Source of the DNA: Tubulanus polymorphus
Taxonomy: Eukaryota > Animalia > Nemertea
DNA: 64,000 bases
Assembly: GCF_964204645.1 (NCBI RefSeq)
Contig: NC_134033.1
Span: 6,844,231-6,908,230 of the forward strand
Direction: 5' to 3'
Part shown: piece by piece, positions 10,901-23,417 of the stretch
Position numbering within the stretch: the first letter of the stretch is position 1
Layout of the letters: each line of letters starts with the position of its first letter
The notes under the pieces: model-generated
Told to the model about the DNA's origin: nothing
Databases searched by the model: none
The model's input: only the letters and a program-made list of their open reading frames with translations
Program-made: the position numbers and the translations under genes

Positions 10901-12989
10901 TGATAGTTATTTAAGTGAATACCAGAAGAAAATAAAACCGAAAGATCATGTTTTTACAGAACAATTAATACTTACTCAAAATAATAAATACAATTATATT
11001 GTTCATTATAGAATGTTAAAATTTTATCTAAAACAAGGAATGAAATTAAAGAAAGTACATAGATATATTGAATTTAATCAATCGAAGTGGTTAGAAAAAT
11101 ATATAGATTTCAATACTCAACAGAGAACCATATCAAAAACAGATTTTGAAAAAGATTTCTTCAAATTAATGAATAATAGTTTTTATGGTAAAACATGCGA
11201 AAATATTAGAAATAGAAATGATATTGAATTAGTAAATAATTCCGAAAGATTAAGACATTTACAATCAAGTCCTAGACATTTAGGAAATAAAAGATTTGAA
11301 GATTATTTAACAGCAGTTAAATTAAAAAGAACGTCAATGAAATTTAATAAACCTATATTCATTGGTTCAACTGTTTTAGAAGTATCAAAATTATTAATGT
11401 ATGATTTTTATTATAATGTTTTACAACCACTTTTTGGGGAAAAGCATATTGAAATATTATATTTTGATTCTGTAACAGCTGAAACCCCAATATTATTAAA
11501 ATGTAATGATAAAATATTGATAAGAAGAATTTCAGAAATAATTGCAAAACAAAATGAATGTTATATTTCACATGGTGAAAAAGAATTAATACAAATAAAT
11601 GGATTAATGGATTTTTGGACAAGAAATGGATGGAAAAAATTAAAGAATATTATTAGGCATAAAACAAATAAGAAAATCTATAGAGTTAGAACTAAATTAG
11701 GGTTTGTAGATGTTACAGAAGATCATAGTTTAATTAAACGAAATGGTGATGAAATAAAACCAACTGATATAAAAATTGGAGATGAATTATTACATAAAAG
11801 ATTTTTCCAAAGAATGAATCATATGTCATTCGACGAAATTATTGATAATATTTATAATATAGAACCTGAAACATAAGAAGAAAAAGAATATTTTATCAAA
11901 GGATTTTTCATGGGTGATGGTTCAGCAGGTGTGTATAAATATGTTTGGGGTAATAAATATTGTTGGTATTTATGCAATCAAGATTTGATATTATTTGAAA
12001 GAATAAAGAAATATTGTGAAGAAGTTTATCCAAATAAAACATTTAAAATCATGGATGTTATGAAATCATCAGCAGTTTATAGAATACTTGTAAATAATCC
12101 TAAAGATTTTGCTATAAAATATAGTGATGAATTATATATTCATGCAATAGTGAAAAGTAATACTTCAACTAAAGAAAAGATAGTTCCAGATTATGTATTA
12201 AATGCAAAAAATAATTTAAGAAAATGGTTCTTCATTGGATTCTACGCAGCAGATGGTGCTAAAAAATTTACAAAGGATAAAAAGATAACCTTTGCACAGA
12301 AAGGAAAAGTTGCTATATCAGGGTTAAATATATTATGTAATTCATTAGGCTTCAATATGAATATTGGATTGATTAAATCTAAACCAAATTGCTTTAATTT
12401 AAGCCACACAGAAAAAGATTTAACTGAAGAAGTTAAAGATTTATTTGAAATATATAACCCAACAGATTATGTTTATGATTTATCAACTGTAGATGGCACA
12501 TTTAACTGTGGATTTCTATTAATTTGCTTCAATACTGACAGTTACATACTAAAAATCAAGACAAATGACATATCAAAAGACTTAAAAACATTAAAACATC
12601 ATTTTGATTTTAGCAATTATCCCAAAGATCATGAACTGTTTAGCAATGATAATAAAAAGATTCCTGGTAAGTTTAAAGATGAATTAGGGGGTGATGAAAT
12701 GATTGAATTTGTTGGGATAAGAAGTAAAATGTATAGTTACAGAACAAAAGATCATGAAGCTAAAAAGTTAAAAGGAATAACAAAACATGTGGTTGATAAA
12801 CATATAGAATTTCAAGATTATATAAAGTGTTTATATAACTCAATTGTAATGAAACATAAAATGAATTGTTTAAGATCAGAAAATCCCGAGATGTACATTA
12901 ATGAAGTTGAAAAAACTAGTTTGAATCCATTTGATGATAAAAGGCATATTTTAGATGATGGAATAAAAACATTACCTTATGGCCATTAA
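7981..12989 (+). pseudogene. polB: Protein-primed family B DNA polymerase of Maverick A (N-terminal C2H2 fingers, OTU-like region, exonuclease with endonuclease VII-like insert, polymerase), intein-containing, disrupted
   Basis: ORF pieces 8164-9036, 9385-9591, 9710-10747, 10701-11876, 11910-12989; motifs YGDFE, RDHDH..GAAHEDCN, FHNLSGYD, KLMNNSFYGK, YFD/TDS, GKFKDE, PFDDKR; motif A (YIDANNLYGWAM in the B copies) deleted near 10700. Confidence 0.93.
11469..12533 (+). other. Intein with LAGLIDADG homing endonuclease inserted in pPolB motif C (Pol-c site); one in-frame stop at 11874-11876
   Basis: EILYFD|SVTAETPILL ... VDVTEDHSLI (block B TxxH) ... KGFFMGDGS, FFIGFYAADG (LAGLIDADG motifs) ... 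YVYDLSTVDGTFNCGFLLICFN|TDSYILK; B copies read YFDTDSYILK with no insert. Confidence 0.93.
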
Positions 12990-13264
12990 AACAGAAAATC
13001 AATATCATCATACTCGAAATCACTATTGGTTTCTTCTTTTTCTTTTAATTGTTCTTGTATAATTTGTTTAGGTTCTTCCATTTCATTTTTCTCATTTAAA
13101 TAAAGTTCTATCTTGTACCACATTTCATCTCGCTCTCTTTGTTTCTTTTTGTTTGTTAATTCGTCAAATGGAATTATAATATCGATGTTTAAATAATTTA
13201 CAATCTTATTTGAAAAGAATTCACAATTAATTGAATCTGTTATTCTATTTTCCAAATGATACAT
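12986..13264 (-). CDS. Hypothetical Maverick A protein (92 aa), possibly the tail of a decayed longer gene
   Basis: ORF convergent with pPolB with overlapping stops; no recognised motif. Confidence 0.4.
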   Translation of the reverse strand: MYHLENRITDSINCEFFSNKIVNYLNIDIIIPFDELTNKKKQRERDEMWYKIELYLNEKNEMEEPKQIIQEQLKEKEETNSDFEYDDIDFLF

Positions 13265-13511
13265 TAATATTTGTTTGAATGTTTTTTTATATTTTCCAAA
13301 TCTTCTTCTGTTAATTTAGGTTTTTCATAATAATCGTTAAATAATAAATATAAATACATTTTCTTTTTTTTGTGTTAAATGTTGATGGAATAATTGTTTT
13401 TATAATATCTTTTTTAGTTATTTCACCATTTTTATGTTCTATTATTTTCATTTTTTCAAGCCATTGCTTATATTCTGGTGTATGATCTTCCATAGAAAAT
13501 ATCTTAAATAT

Positions 13512-13968
13512 TTAATCTAGATATTTTAATTTTGGTTCTATAAGAATATCTCTAGTTTTTTCATCACCCCATAAATTTTTTTGCCATCCAAATTCATTAC
13601 AAAATATCACAGGACCTTCTTGTCTTAAGTACTCATAAATACATTTTGGGCATTTTTGTCTATCATCTCTTAGTAATAGAACTTCATTTAGCTCTTGGTA
13701 TTTTCTTACGTTTTCTTTATGTTTTATTGTTCTATTATGTAGATTTGAATTACTTGTTGTAATAATCAATTTACAATATTTACAATAATATGTTTTTCTT
13801 GTTAATTCATTATATTGTTTTTCTAACTTTTCAACTGTTTCTTTATTATCTGGTAACGTTTTCTCATATTTTATTTTTTCTAATAAACTATTTTTTCTTT
13901 CATTGAATTCAGTTTCAAATTTATTAGAAATTTTATCTATATGTGCTTTACGAAATTGATGATTCTCC
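13512..13968 (-). pseudogene. 3' part of Maverick A C2H2 zinc-finger gene split by the Gypsy insertion
   Basis: Removing the Gypsy element rejoins ...HICEPCRMKFSPENIEDWE|NHQFRKAHI, a complete C2H2-like finger. Confidence 0.7.
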
Positions 13969-14456
13969 TGTCACCCTGATATAATTTGCATATTTCATAA
14001 TCATATAGATCTACAATGTCATATCGAACAGTTCATAACATTTCATAGCTCTACTACATATTATTAATAATAATAATGATAATAATAATAATATAGTATA
14101 ACTTATGACTATAGTGTCAATATGTGCTTTAAGGTCGTAATCAACATGTGACATTACTCAACATGTTTTCACGATAATTAGCTATAATCAGTGCTCATCG
14201 ATAATTAATTAATGTCTCTCAAACATGTCACTAGGTGCGTCCTGATGTCTACAACTTGTCTGACACACGTTATACTCATGATTCTGTATATAAAGACTAT
14301 GTAAAGCTATGATAATCATTCTCATTCCGGGATGCAATAAAGATTGTACATATAAGGTTTAACTGCCTTGTTGTTCCTGATGGATGGAATCCTGTACCGC
14401 TGGTGTAAATGCTAGTTCCCCAGCCAGCCTGCCCATACAACAACCAGCCGGTTACA
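13969..14456 (+). repeat. Gypsy 5' LTR
   Basis: tgtcaccctg...ccggttaca; (AAT)n tract, TATA-like tatataaag and aataaa; direct repeat of 20691-21194. Confidence 0.95.
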
Positions 14457-14458
14457 GA

Positions 14459-14513
14459 TGGCGGAGAACCGGCTTTACCTTCACAGATCGACGGTTACAG
14501 ATGGTGGAGAACC
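14459..14513 (+). promoter_or_regulatory. Primer-binding site, duplicated (tggcggagaacc / tggtggagaacc), probably tRNA-Ala type
   Basis: TGG 2 nt after the LTR end; TGGTGGAGAA complements a tRNA 3' end ...TTCTCCACCA. Confidence 0.6.
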
Positions 14514-14911
14514 CAAATTTAAGTCCTCGTGACTTACACAAGTACAGATGAAGCTGCTGATATACGGATTATGACTGAAACATACCACAAAATAGAAGAT
14601 CGCATTCAACTACACTTGCGACAAGACCGTGCTGATCGCCGAAATCGCTGCTGTTTTGGTGGATACAACACATTATGGTAACTTGTTGTCAGCCATAGGT
14701 AATATAATTGTATCTTCATCTCGAATTAGCGGTCGGATATTGAGTATAGGAAATTATAGCTCTTTGAGTTTGGGAGCATTACTGTGTAGTTGAGCAGTTT
14801 GATACATATCTCAAGTTTCGATTGTTCAATTCAAAGCATTTTTCTAGCAAACATTATTCATAATCAGTTTCATTTCGTTCTGTACACTTACGTGGTATAC
14901 ACTTCAAAAAG

Positions 14912-17900
14912 ATGAAGCGCATACATTGTAGTAAGGATGTTTGTCGCAAAGAAGTATCTCGATTATGGGTACCTGATATCAATGCGGTTGATATAAGCTT
15001 AGTTTCAGGGTTGAATCGGAATATTATAAACGTTGATATTAATAAACACTCCCAACGAGCATTAGTCGATACAGGTGCATCAATTTCATGTATTGCTAGA
15101 TCAACGGTCGAAGGATGTATCAAAAATCCCATATATAGTCATTCGGATATAAACATTATTAGAGGAGTTTGTGGGGAAGCACATTCAGTAATTGGTAGAA
15201 TTGATGTACCCATTTGCATTCAATCTCATGTATTAACACATAAGTTTTATGTATTCGATAGGCTACATACAGATGTCATTCTAGGACTGGATTTTTTGAA
15301 GGAAAACAATGTGAACATTGACCTTGCATCAGGCACAATTGAATTTAAAGATGTTTCGATTCCATTAAAGATTCTTAGGAATAAACAAGAGCTGTACAGA
15401 AATAAAGCTAAAACGATTAACAGGATAGTTATTTCACCAAATACTAAACAAATAGTTCAAATAAGTGTCGATACGTTGGCGGAAGGTTCATTGGTTGTTT
15501 TTGAACCATACAACCACAAGTTATTGAATAAATGTTTAGGTGGAGGTAAAACATTATGCAAAATCACGGACGGTAAAATTTTCGCCACTATTGTGAATCC
15601 TACTAATGAACCGATTCAAATTTCAAAAGATTATGTGCTTGGATTTGCATACAATGTAACTGACGATGATTGTTTCGATTTCGCAGATGACAATACTAGT
15701 GCAAACATTTTCTCCGTTGATACTGATACACTACGAAATTATGATGAAAAAATTAAAATAGCGGAAAATTTAGGCATACAAATTCCAGAAAACTCAGGAT
15801 TGACTCTGGAACAAAAAGAGAGATTAATGTATCTAATTGGATGTAATAGGTCAATATTTGCTAGTAACTTACAGGAAATCGGCAAAACTTCATTAGTTAC
15901 CCAGAAACAACTGATGACGACCCTATAATTCGAAGACCTTATCGCAAAAGTCCACACTTGAGACAGGTAGAAAACGACTTGGTTAACTGTTAGATGCCGA
16001 TCTTATTGAACCAACTGATTCTGTTTTCAATAATCCTGTGGTTTTGGTCAGAAAACCAGACAATACGTATAGGTTTACTATTGATTTTAGAAAACTGAAT
16101 TCGAAGACCGTAACGCAATCATTTCCACTACCTCATTTTGATGATGTATTTGACACTATAGCCGATGCTAAACCCATGATATTTAGTAAATTAGATCTTA
16201 ATTCAGGATTTCACCCGATACCGTTACATGAAGAATCGCGTCATAAAACAGCTTTTCAAACGACACAAGGCAAAATGTGCTTCAAAAGAATGCCGATGGG
16301 AATTAAGAATGGTCCTATGGCTTTTCAGATGCTTATGTCAAAATGTTTAGGTCCTTTGAATTGGCAATATGTATTGTGTTTCATTGATGATCTAATCATA
16401 TTCTCTCAAGATTTTGACAGTCACCTAGTTCATTTATCAAATGGTTTTGAGAAGCTTAAACAAGCCGGTCTAACTGCCAAACCGACTAAGTGTGAATTTG
16501 CAGTCCCAGAAATTGAATATCTGGGTTATACCTTATCTGCTGAGGGTCTTCGTACTTGTAAAAAGAACATCGAAAAGGTTAACAGCTTTCCAGTTCCGTC
16601 CAATGTCAAACAATTACGAAGTTTTCTAGGGTTGACAAATTTTTACAGGAAATTCATTCAAAATTATGCATCAATAGTTTCTCCCTTGAATGCTTTGAAC
16701 TGTAAAGATGTGAAGTTCAAATGGACCCCTGATTGTCAGAAAGCTTTTGATACGCTTAAACAGGAATTAACTAGTGATCCAATTCTGATATTCCCTGATT
16801 TCAATTCTCGTTTCTATCTCTCGGTTGACTCTTCGGACTATGCTATTGGTTACGTTTTGTCTCAGAAAAAGAATAATTTAGAACATGTTATCGGATATGG
16901 TGGTCGCGCGTTACGTGTAAACGAAAAGAAATGGCATATTAGTGATAAGGAAGGATTAGCTTTGATTGAAGGAATTCAGAATTTTCATCCCTACCTGATT
17001 GGAAAGGAATTCACTGTGTATACTGATCGCAAAAGTTTAACGTATATTAATGAAAACCGACTAAACAAACGTATAGGACGTTGGGAATTGGCTCTTCAAG
17101 CATATAATTTTTCTGTTGAACACCGACCGGGTAAGAAAAATGGCAATTGCGACGGTTTAAGTAGACGAGATTATGATAAACCTCCTCCTCCTAGACCTGA
17201 TGATCCTTCACAAGAAACTGTTTTCACAGCAATGACAAATGGATCTCAGTCTTATGAAGTCGTGTTTGATTATACTAGCCCCGTGGTGGCTGAGTTAACT
17301 CCTGATACTTATAAGGAGATTGAACTGATTAAACCTGCTAATATAACTCACTTACAGCGGAATTGCCCTGAAGTTTGTCACATGTTGGAACATAAGTTAG
17401 ATCCATCATATGCTGTCAACGATGAAAAACTGTTTCGAAAGCTCAATTGGAGGGCCGACCAATATGGTATTATCGATGGCACGTTATATTATTTGTATAC
17501 GCCTAGAGTTACTGGTATTCCTAAAGCCGAGAAGGTCATCCCAGTTCTTGAAGTTCCTAGGTCATTACGGTCGGAAATATTGAAAGCTTACCATGATTCA
17601 TTAGTGGGAGGTTGCCACCAGGGTCGAGATCGTCTTTATGGTGTTTTACGTAATAAATATCATTGGGATTCCATGTATGAAGATTGTGGGAAATATGTTT
17701 CTACTTGTGAGAATTGCCAACAGGTCAAACGGAATTATCATAGTCATCCAACACCCTTACAACCATTACCAATTGAAGGCTTATTCTCCAGATGGCACAT
17801 TGACTTTCTTTGCAATCTTCCGGAGACACCTGATGGTAATAAGCATATTCTACTCGTGGTAGATAGCTGGAGTAAATGGCCCGAGGCTTTTCCTCTCAAA

Positions 17901-19810
17901 ACTCAGGAAACAACAGAGGTAGCAAAGGTTCTCTTTAAAGAGATATTTTCGCGGTATGGTGCTCCTCATTCTTTAGTCTCTGATCGCGGTAAAACATTTA
18001 TGTCTAAGTTAGTTGGAGCTCTCTGTGAATTGTTTCACGTGAAACAACATTTCACCGCTCCGTACCATCCTCAATCAAACTCAGTTTGCGAGAGAACTAA
18101 CCAGTACATTTGGCAGTCGCTTAGGTCGTATTGTAACCAGGATCAGACTAATTGGGATACGCTAATGCCAAGTGTAATGATGAGTTATAGGCATGTTCCC
18201 TCAACTGAAGGTTCAGGTTTTAGCCCTTACCACATGTTATTTGGTCAAGAAATTCGTCTACCAGACACGGCTTTAATTCCACGGCATTCGTTAGCTACTG
18301 ATCATAAGGCATACTTATCACATATATTTAAGGCAGCTGGTCATATCACGAAATATCGCTAACGAGAATATTAAAAGAGCTCAAAATAAGTATAAAACTC
18401 AGTTCGACAGAAAGGCATTAAAACCTCAGTTTCAGATTACTGATCGCGTTTGGCTAAAAGTCATGAAAGTTAAGAAAGGAAAATCACCAAAACTGTAGAA
18501 AATACGTAGGTCCCTATTTCATTCAGTCAATAGCTAGTAAAGGGGCTTATCAATTACGAAGAATCTCTGATAACGTTTTACTCCCATCGCATGTCAATGG
18601 GAACCGTCTTAAGTTATACAAAGATCCCTCATCGCGTCCAAATTATGAAGAGGTCGCATGGGATGGTTCAACAGCTGAGGAAAACCCTGAATTATTCGAC
18701 GAGATTCATGGGCGCTTAAAATATAAACCTAGCAATTTAGCTGATACTCCAACTGACACTCAAATTTCGGCTGACGATAACAAAGATAGACCGGTAGTTA
18801 CTGAGACTTTCAATGAATCAGACATTCAGAAAATTCTACAGTACAAACTAGAAAGTGGTTTATGTAAATATCGCGTAAAATGGAAGTCAGATTTAAATCG
18901 TGGAAATTCTTGGGAATTAGGAAAATGGATCCCAAATAAACTAATTCGACACTTTCACGAAAACTATGCGGCATCAGGCAAAAAACGTAAGAAACCTTGC
19001 AAAAGTAAGTTTTTTGATCGCATTACAGACAATTCTGATAATAATCAGGGACAACAAAACGATCGAAATGAAAACGAGAATGACGTAGCAAATATTATAA
19101 TCACAAATACAGATAGATGTCAGGATAGTGAAGTAGAAATACGTGAAAAACCTAGAAGAAAATTAAATGGAACCGTAATACAGGGTGTATATGTTACTAA
19201 TGATCGCTTCCAGGAATTTGATAATCAGATGTCTAATGAAGACTCATCAAATAATGAGAATGTAAAAAGTGTATATTGTTCAGCTCGATCGAAAACTCAC
19301 CAAGATCATACGAATCAGGATAGCGTTAAGAGTAGTTCAGATTCAAGTAATGTCGCTATCGAAGAGGCTATTCGGACGGGAAATCGTCGAGCATTATGTC
19401 CATGCCCTACAGGAAAAACGGTTGTTGCTACCAAATTTCAGAATAATGTGCTATTCGTAAAATATCACCATGACAGTCCATGGTACCGGGCATCAAAACG
19501 AGATTGGTTTGAAGTAAGTGATTACGGAGAAAGTCTTGAACATGTATGGGGTATATATCATGTCATCTTGGAAAATGAAAGGCCTCCCACCGAAACCGAG
19601 CTCAAAAACATTATACCTACTGCCGCTCGAGCCGTATCAACCCGTTTCAACGACCAGGGAGTCTTAGAATACTATGTTTTATTTGGGCGGTTCGCTCCCC
19701 CTGCATGGCGGCCTTGGTATGAAACACCTCCTGGCACACAAAGTCAGTACGCTTCTCGTTTAAAATCTATTTCTTCGAAACTCAGTAGTAGCTACAGTAG
19801 GTTTTCTTAA
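14912..19810 (+). pseudogene. pol: Gypsy pol (protease, RT, RNase H, integrase, GPY/F motif, chromodomain-like C-terminal extension), frameshifted
   Basis: ALVDTGAS; RFTIDFRKLN, CFIDDLIIFS; DSSDYAIG, DGLSR; HHCC, WHIDF, SDRG, ERTNQ; frame ~18500-19810 carries VGPYFI and KYRVKWK..SWE. Confidence 0.93.
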
Positions 19811-20675
19811 TTAAGCTTTCCAGGATATCATATGGATATCAGCGATGAATTGATCAGCTTATTACTCGTACGTATATTTTCAGTTTATTTACGCCCTGAA
19901 CGGTTCAAAGATCGGATAGTTCATACGTTCAATTAATATATACTAGTCATTTTAAGTAGAGTGCATGAAATCTTTCGTAGAAAACACGCAAATAACGTCA
20001 TTGTAAATCTAATACGAGACATAACTGAGATGAGTGTACGGTACGGTATGAATTTATCAATGATATAATATAACGTGGATTAATTGAGACTGCGATGATA
20101 GGTGTTAAAACAGTTCAGTTATGCTGGTGGTGTCATCTTTGCTCAATTACTATGGTTATTCTTTATTTACTTCTGACCACTTATTTTGGATGATGATAAT
20201 TTTTTCCTTTTGGTTGACAAGGGTAACTGTATTTGTGTTGTGTCATTGCCTGAACTCTACTCTGATGTCAAATGTTGCATGTGACTATCATTGTGTCACG
20301 AAGTTATTTCCAGTCAGTAATCGAAAGATCTTCAAAACAGAGAAATGCGTACTACTTGCAACTTGCATCACCAACTGATCTTCGGGACACTATAACTACA
20401 CAACACGTCGCTACTTCTGTTCGTCGCAGAACCAACCAGAATTCGGGGATCGTTTGCAGATCATTCAAAATTACAGTTAACGTATCATCGCATCGTCCGT
20501 ATATAACGACAACATGTGACTCTTTCGTGAATGACTGATAATCCGGATGTTACTGTCCAGCGTTTGCACATTTTTGCGCGGTGAAAGTCAATCTTTCATG
20601 TTTTCGCGATGGACGGAGTTTTGATGAACTTATAGTATCTGCGTTTTCCGCAAATTTGGAGGACCAAATTTAATT

Positions 20676-20688
20676 GGACAAGGGGGCA
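20676..20688 (+). promoter_or_regulatory. Polypurine tract
   Basis: ggacaagggggca immediately upstream of the 3' LTR. Confidence 0.7.
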
Positions 20689-20690
20689 TC

Positions 20691-21194
20691 TGTCACCCTG
20701 ATATAATTTGCATATTTCATAATCATATAGATCTACAATGTCATATCGAACAGTTCATAACATTTCATAGCTCTACTACATATTATTAATAATAATAATA
20801 ATAATAATAATATAATATAACTTATGACTATAGTGTCAATATGTGCTTTAAGGTCGTAATCAACATGTGACATTATTCAACATGTTTTCACGATAATTAG
20901 CTATAACCAGTGCTCATCGATAATTAATTAATGTCTCTCAAACATGTCACTAGGTGTTTGTTTGTGCGTCCTGATGTCTACAACTTGTCTGACACCTAGT
21001 TCTCACATTATACTCATGATTCTGTATATAAAGACTATGTAAAGCTATGATAATCATTCTCATCCCGGGATGCAATAAAGATTGTACATATAAGGTTTAA
21101 CTGCCTTGTTGTTCCTGATGGATGGAATCCTGTACCGCTGGTGTAAATGCTAGTTCCCCAGCCAGCCTGCCGATACAACAACCAGCCGGTTACA
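20691..21194 (+). repeat. Gypsy 3' LTR
   Basis: Direct repeat of 5' LTR with small indels. Confidence 0.95.
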
Positions 21195-21542
21195 CTCCCA
21201 ATCTTCTATATTTTCAGGACTAAATTTCATTCGACAAGGCTCGCAGATATGATCTTTTATATTGTCCTTGTCATAGAATAAGAAAGGTCTTTTCTAAATA
21301 ATTTCAGGTTCAACTTCAACAGAATTACTATTACTTTCGTTACTATCAACATTAGCCGTTGCGCCATTAATTTTACACTTCTCTGAATGTTTTTTAACAT
21401 AATTTCTTGAGAATAATTTATTACATTTTGGACAGTTTTGTTTAGGGGGTTTATAATTTTCATCATGTTTTTTCATATGTCGAGCCATATTACTTTTTCT
21501 TAGAAGTTCACCACAAATTTCGCATGGTATCTTCTCATCCAT
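21195..21542 (-). pseudogene. 5' part of Maverick A multi-C2H2 zinc-finger gene
   Basis: CEICGELLRKSNMARHMKKH, CPKCNKLFSRNYVKKHSEKC; continues across the Gypsy insertion. Confidence 0.75.
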
Positions 21543-21599
21543 TTATTAGGGAAAAAAATTACTAGTGGTGATGAGAGGTAATTTTTTGTGTTATAAATA

Positions 21600-22357
21600 A
21601 TGGGTGAATTAATAGAATACAGAATATTTGTTGATTCTAGAAAACTTACAAATTATAAATCACATAATTTACTAGTTCAATTAGATAGAGAATTTAAGAA
21701 TTGTGTTGATTTAAAATTAGTTAATATAAGTTTATGTAACTCATTTTACAATATATCGGATAAAAGTCTAGAACATTTAATTTTTTCAATCTTTTACAAA
21801 AAAGGAATAAATGGTTTTTTATATATTTAAAACCAGGATTATATAATTTAAATAAATTAGCACAAGAAATTGAAAGAAAAGCTCGAGCTAAATTAGGAAG
21901 AGATTCCGGATTTAGTATTAGATTTTCAAAAAGTGATATTTCTAATAAAATAAAGATTAGGTTAGCTCATGAAGAACAATTTAAATTTACAGTAAGAAAA
22001 CCTTTAGCTAAACTGTTAGGAATTAACCCAGATATTGTTACAGTAAACGCAGAAGGTAGATCAAATTTAATGCCTTTAACACACTTTTATATTTATTGCA
22101 ACTTAATTGATCCTACAAAAACATTTGAAGCAACTAAAGATATAACTTGTAATTCTAGTTTACTAAACATTTTACCATTGAAGAATGTTAAACAATTTGG
22201 AACGCAAATAAATTATAATTTAGCTGAATGTGATTTCAAACCTTGTATTCCTCAATTTAATAATTTGAAATTTGAAATTAGAAATCACAATGGATACTTA
22301 ATTGATTTGAATAACTTTCCTGTAATATATGAATTAGTTATAAGATGTAAAGAGTAA
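21600..22357 (+). pseudogene. Putative minor capsid (penton) protein of Maverick A, frameshifted
   Basis: IFVDSR, PGLYNL, FYIYCNLI, C-terminal FEIRNHNGYLIDLNNFPVIYELVI pattern of Polinton single-jelly-roll proteins; intact homologue at 38355-39110. Confidence 0.72.
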
Positions 22358-22373
22358 TTTTTTCATTATACAA

Positions 22374-22729
22374 ATGAATATAACTGTTGGACCGAGTATA
22401 TGTTTTGGATTTGATTTTAAACGTGAGAAAGAAATGAAATTTAACATTACTGGTGTAATTATACATATTAAAAATATTGCATTTTCAAATGAAACAACAT
22501 TTGAGTATGAAACAACAATAGATAAAGAAACTTTAAATGTAGAAAAGATTACTAATTTAATTAGAGAATCTTTAAGATTTTATGAATTAGATGAAGATTT
22601 TATCATCGATGATATTAAAAAAATAATAATTGAAATATATACAAATGAAACTAGTAATGAAAAAATGTTGAATTAATTATAAATAAGTTAACTAAATATT
22701 TTGAAGATAGTAATTTTTTTGATAAATAA
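22374..22729 (+). pseudogene. Conserved hypothetical Maverick protein (~118 aa), frameshifted near the 3' end
   Basis: Homologous to 37982-38338 and 62285-62641. Confidence 0.75.
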
Positions 22730-22951
22730 ATGAGTGATAATAAGTGGATAATAACTGGATTATATAATGGAGCATTACTATCAGTTGGAACTGTTGGTTA
22801 TTCAATGGTATTAAAAAAAGTATTTAAAATGGGAAGTGTTAATGTTGATAGATTCGATATAAATGATATTTTAAAATTAACATTAGCAGTTACTTTATCT
22901 AATTTAACTATTGATTATTTGGAAAAACAAAAATATATTCCTCCCATATAA
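22730..22951 (+). CDS. Small hydrophobic Maverick protein (73 aa)
   Basis: Near-identical in all three copies; two hydrophobic segments. Confidence 0.8.
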   Translation: MSDNKWIITGLYNGALLSVGTVGYSMVLKKVFKMGSVNVDRFDINDILKLTLAVTLSNLTIDYLEKQKYIPPI

Positions 22952-22975
22952 ATGCGTAATTATTTTACTAAATAA

Positions 22976-23398
22976 ATGGCTTCTGCAATTATAACTATTA
23001 TAGGATCGGCAATTGTTAACGCTTTAGCATTTACTGGTAGTGGTTATTTATTTAAGCATATTGATAAAAATAGTTCATTAGGAGAACAAAGAAGACATAA
23101 CTTAGCATTATAAAAATACAATAAAGCAGCAGAAGAATATACAGAAAAGAGGCAAAACTATATGGATTATATTAACAAGGAATTATATGATCAGAAGATT
23201 TCACATAGAGATTTTCAATCAGTTGATGATGCAATGAGTTTATATAACGCGGTAACCAATAAAGAAAAATTACATCTACATAAACCTACAATATCAGATT
23301 ATTATACCCCAAGTAAAGAACAACAGAAATATGAAATAATTTGGATTTTAGGTGGAACTGTTATTGTTATATTTGTAGCATATAGATTTACTAATTAG
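22976..23398 (+). pseudogene. Maverick membrane/coiled-coil protein (140 aa), internal stop
   Basis: Homologue of intact 37328-37750; hydrophobic N- and C-termini. Confidence 0.78.
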
Positions 23399-23417
23399 TA
23401 ATTTTTTTGCTAAATAA

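Larger units (their letters stand above)
13969..21194 (+). mobile_element. Ty3/Gypsy LTR retrotransposon, gag apparently deleted, 4-bp TSD CTCC
   Basis: TG...CA LTRs at 13969-14456 and 20691-21194; ctcc at 13965-13968 and 21195-21198; PR-RT-RH-INT order. Confidence 0.96.

Noticed and set aside
11400-12660. Recent co-conversion tract between A and B around the intein
   Set aside because: Proteins are near-identical there but many synonymous differences remain, so constraint explains it
19229-20538. env gene in the Gypsy element
   Set aside because: 19229-19810 is in frame with the integrase tail; the later short ORFs lack signal peptide/furin/TM organisation
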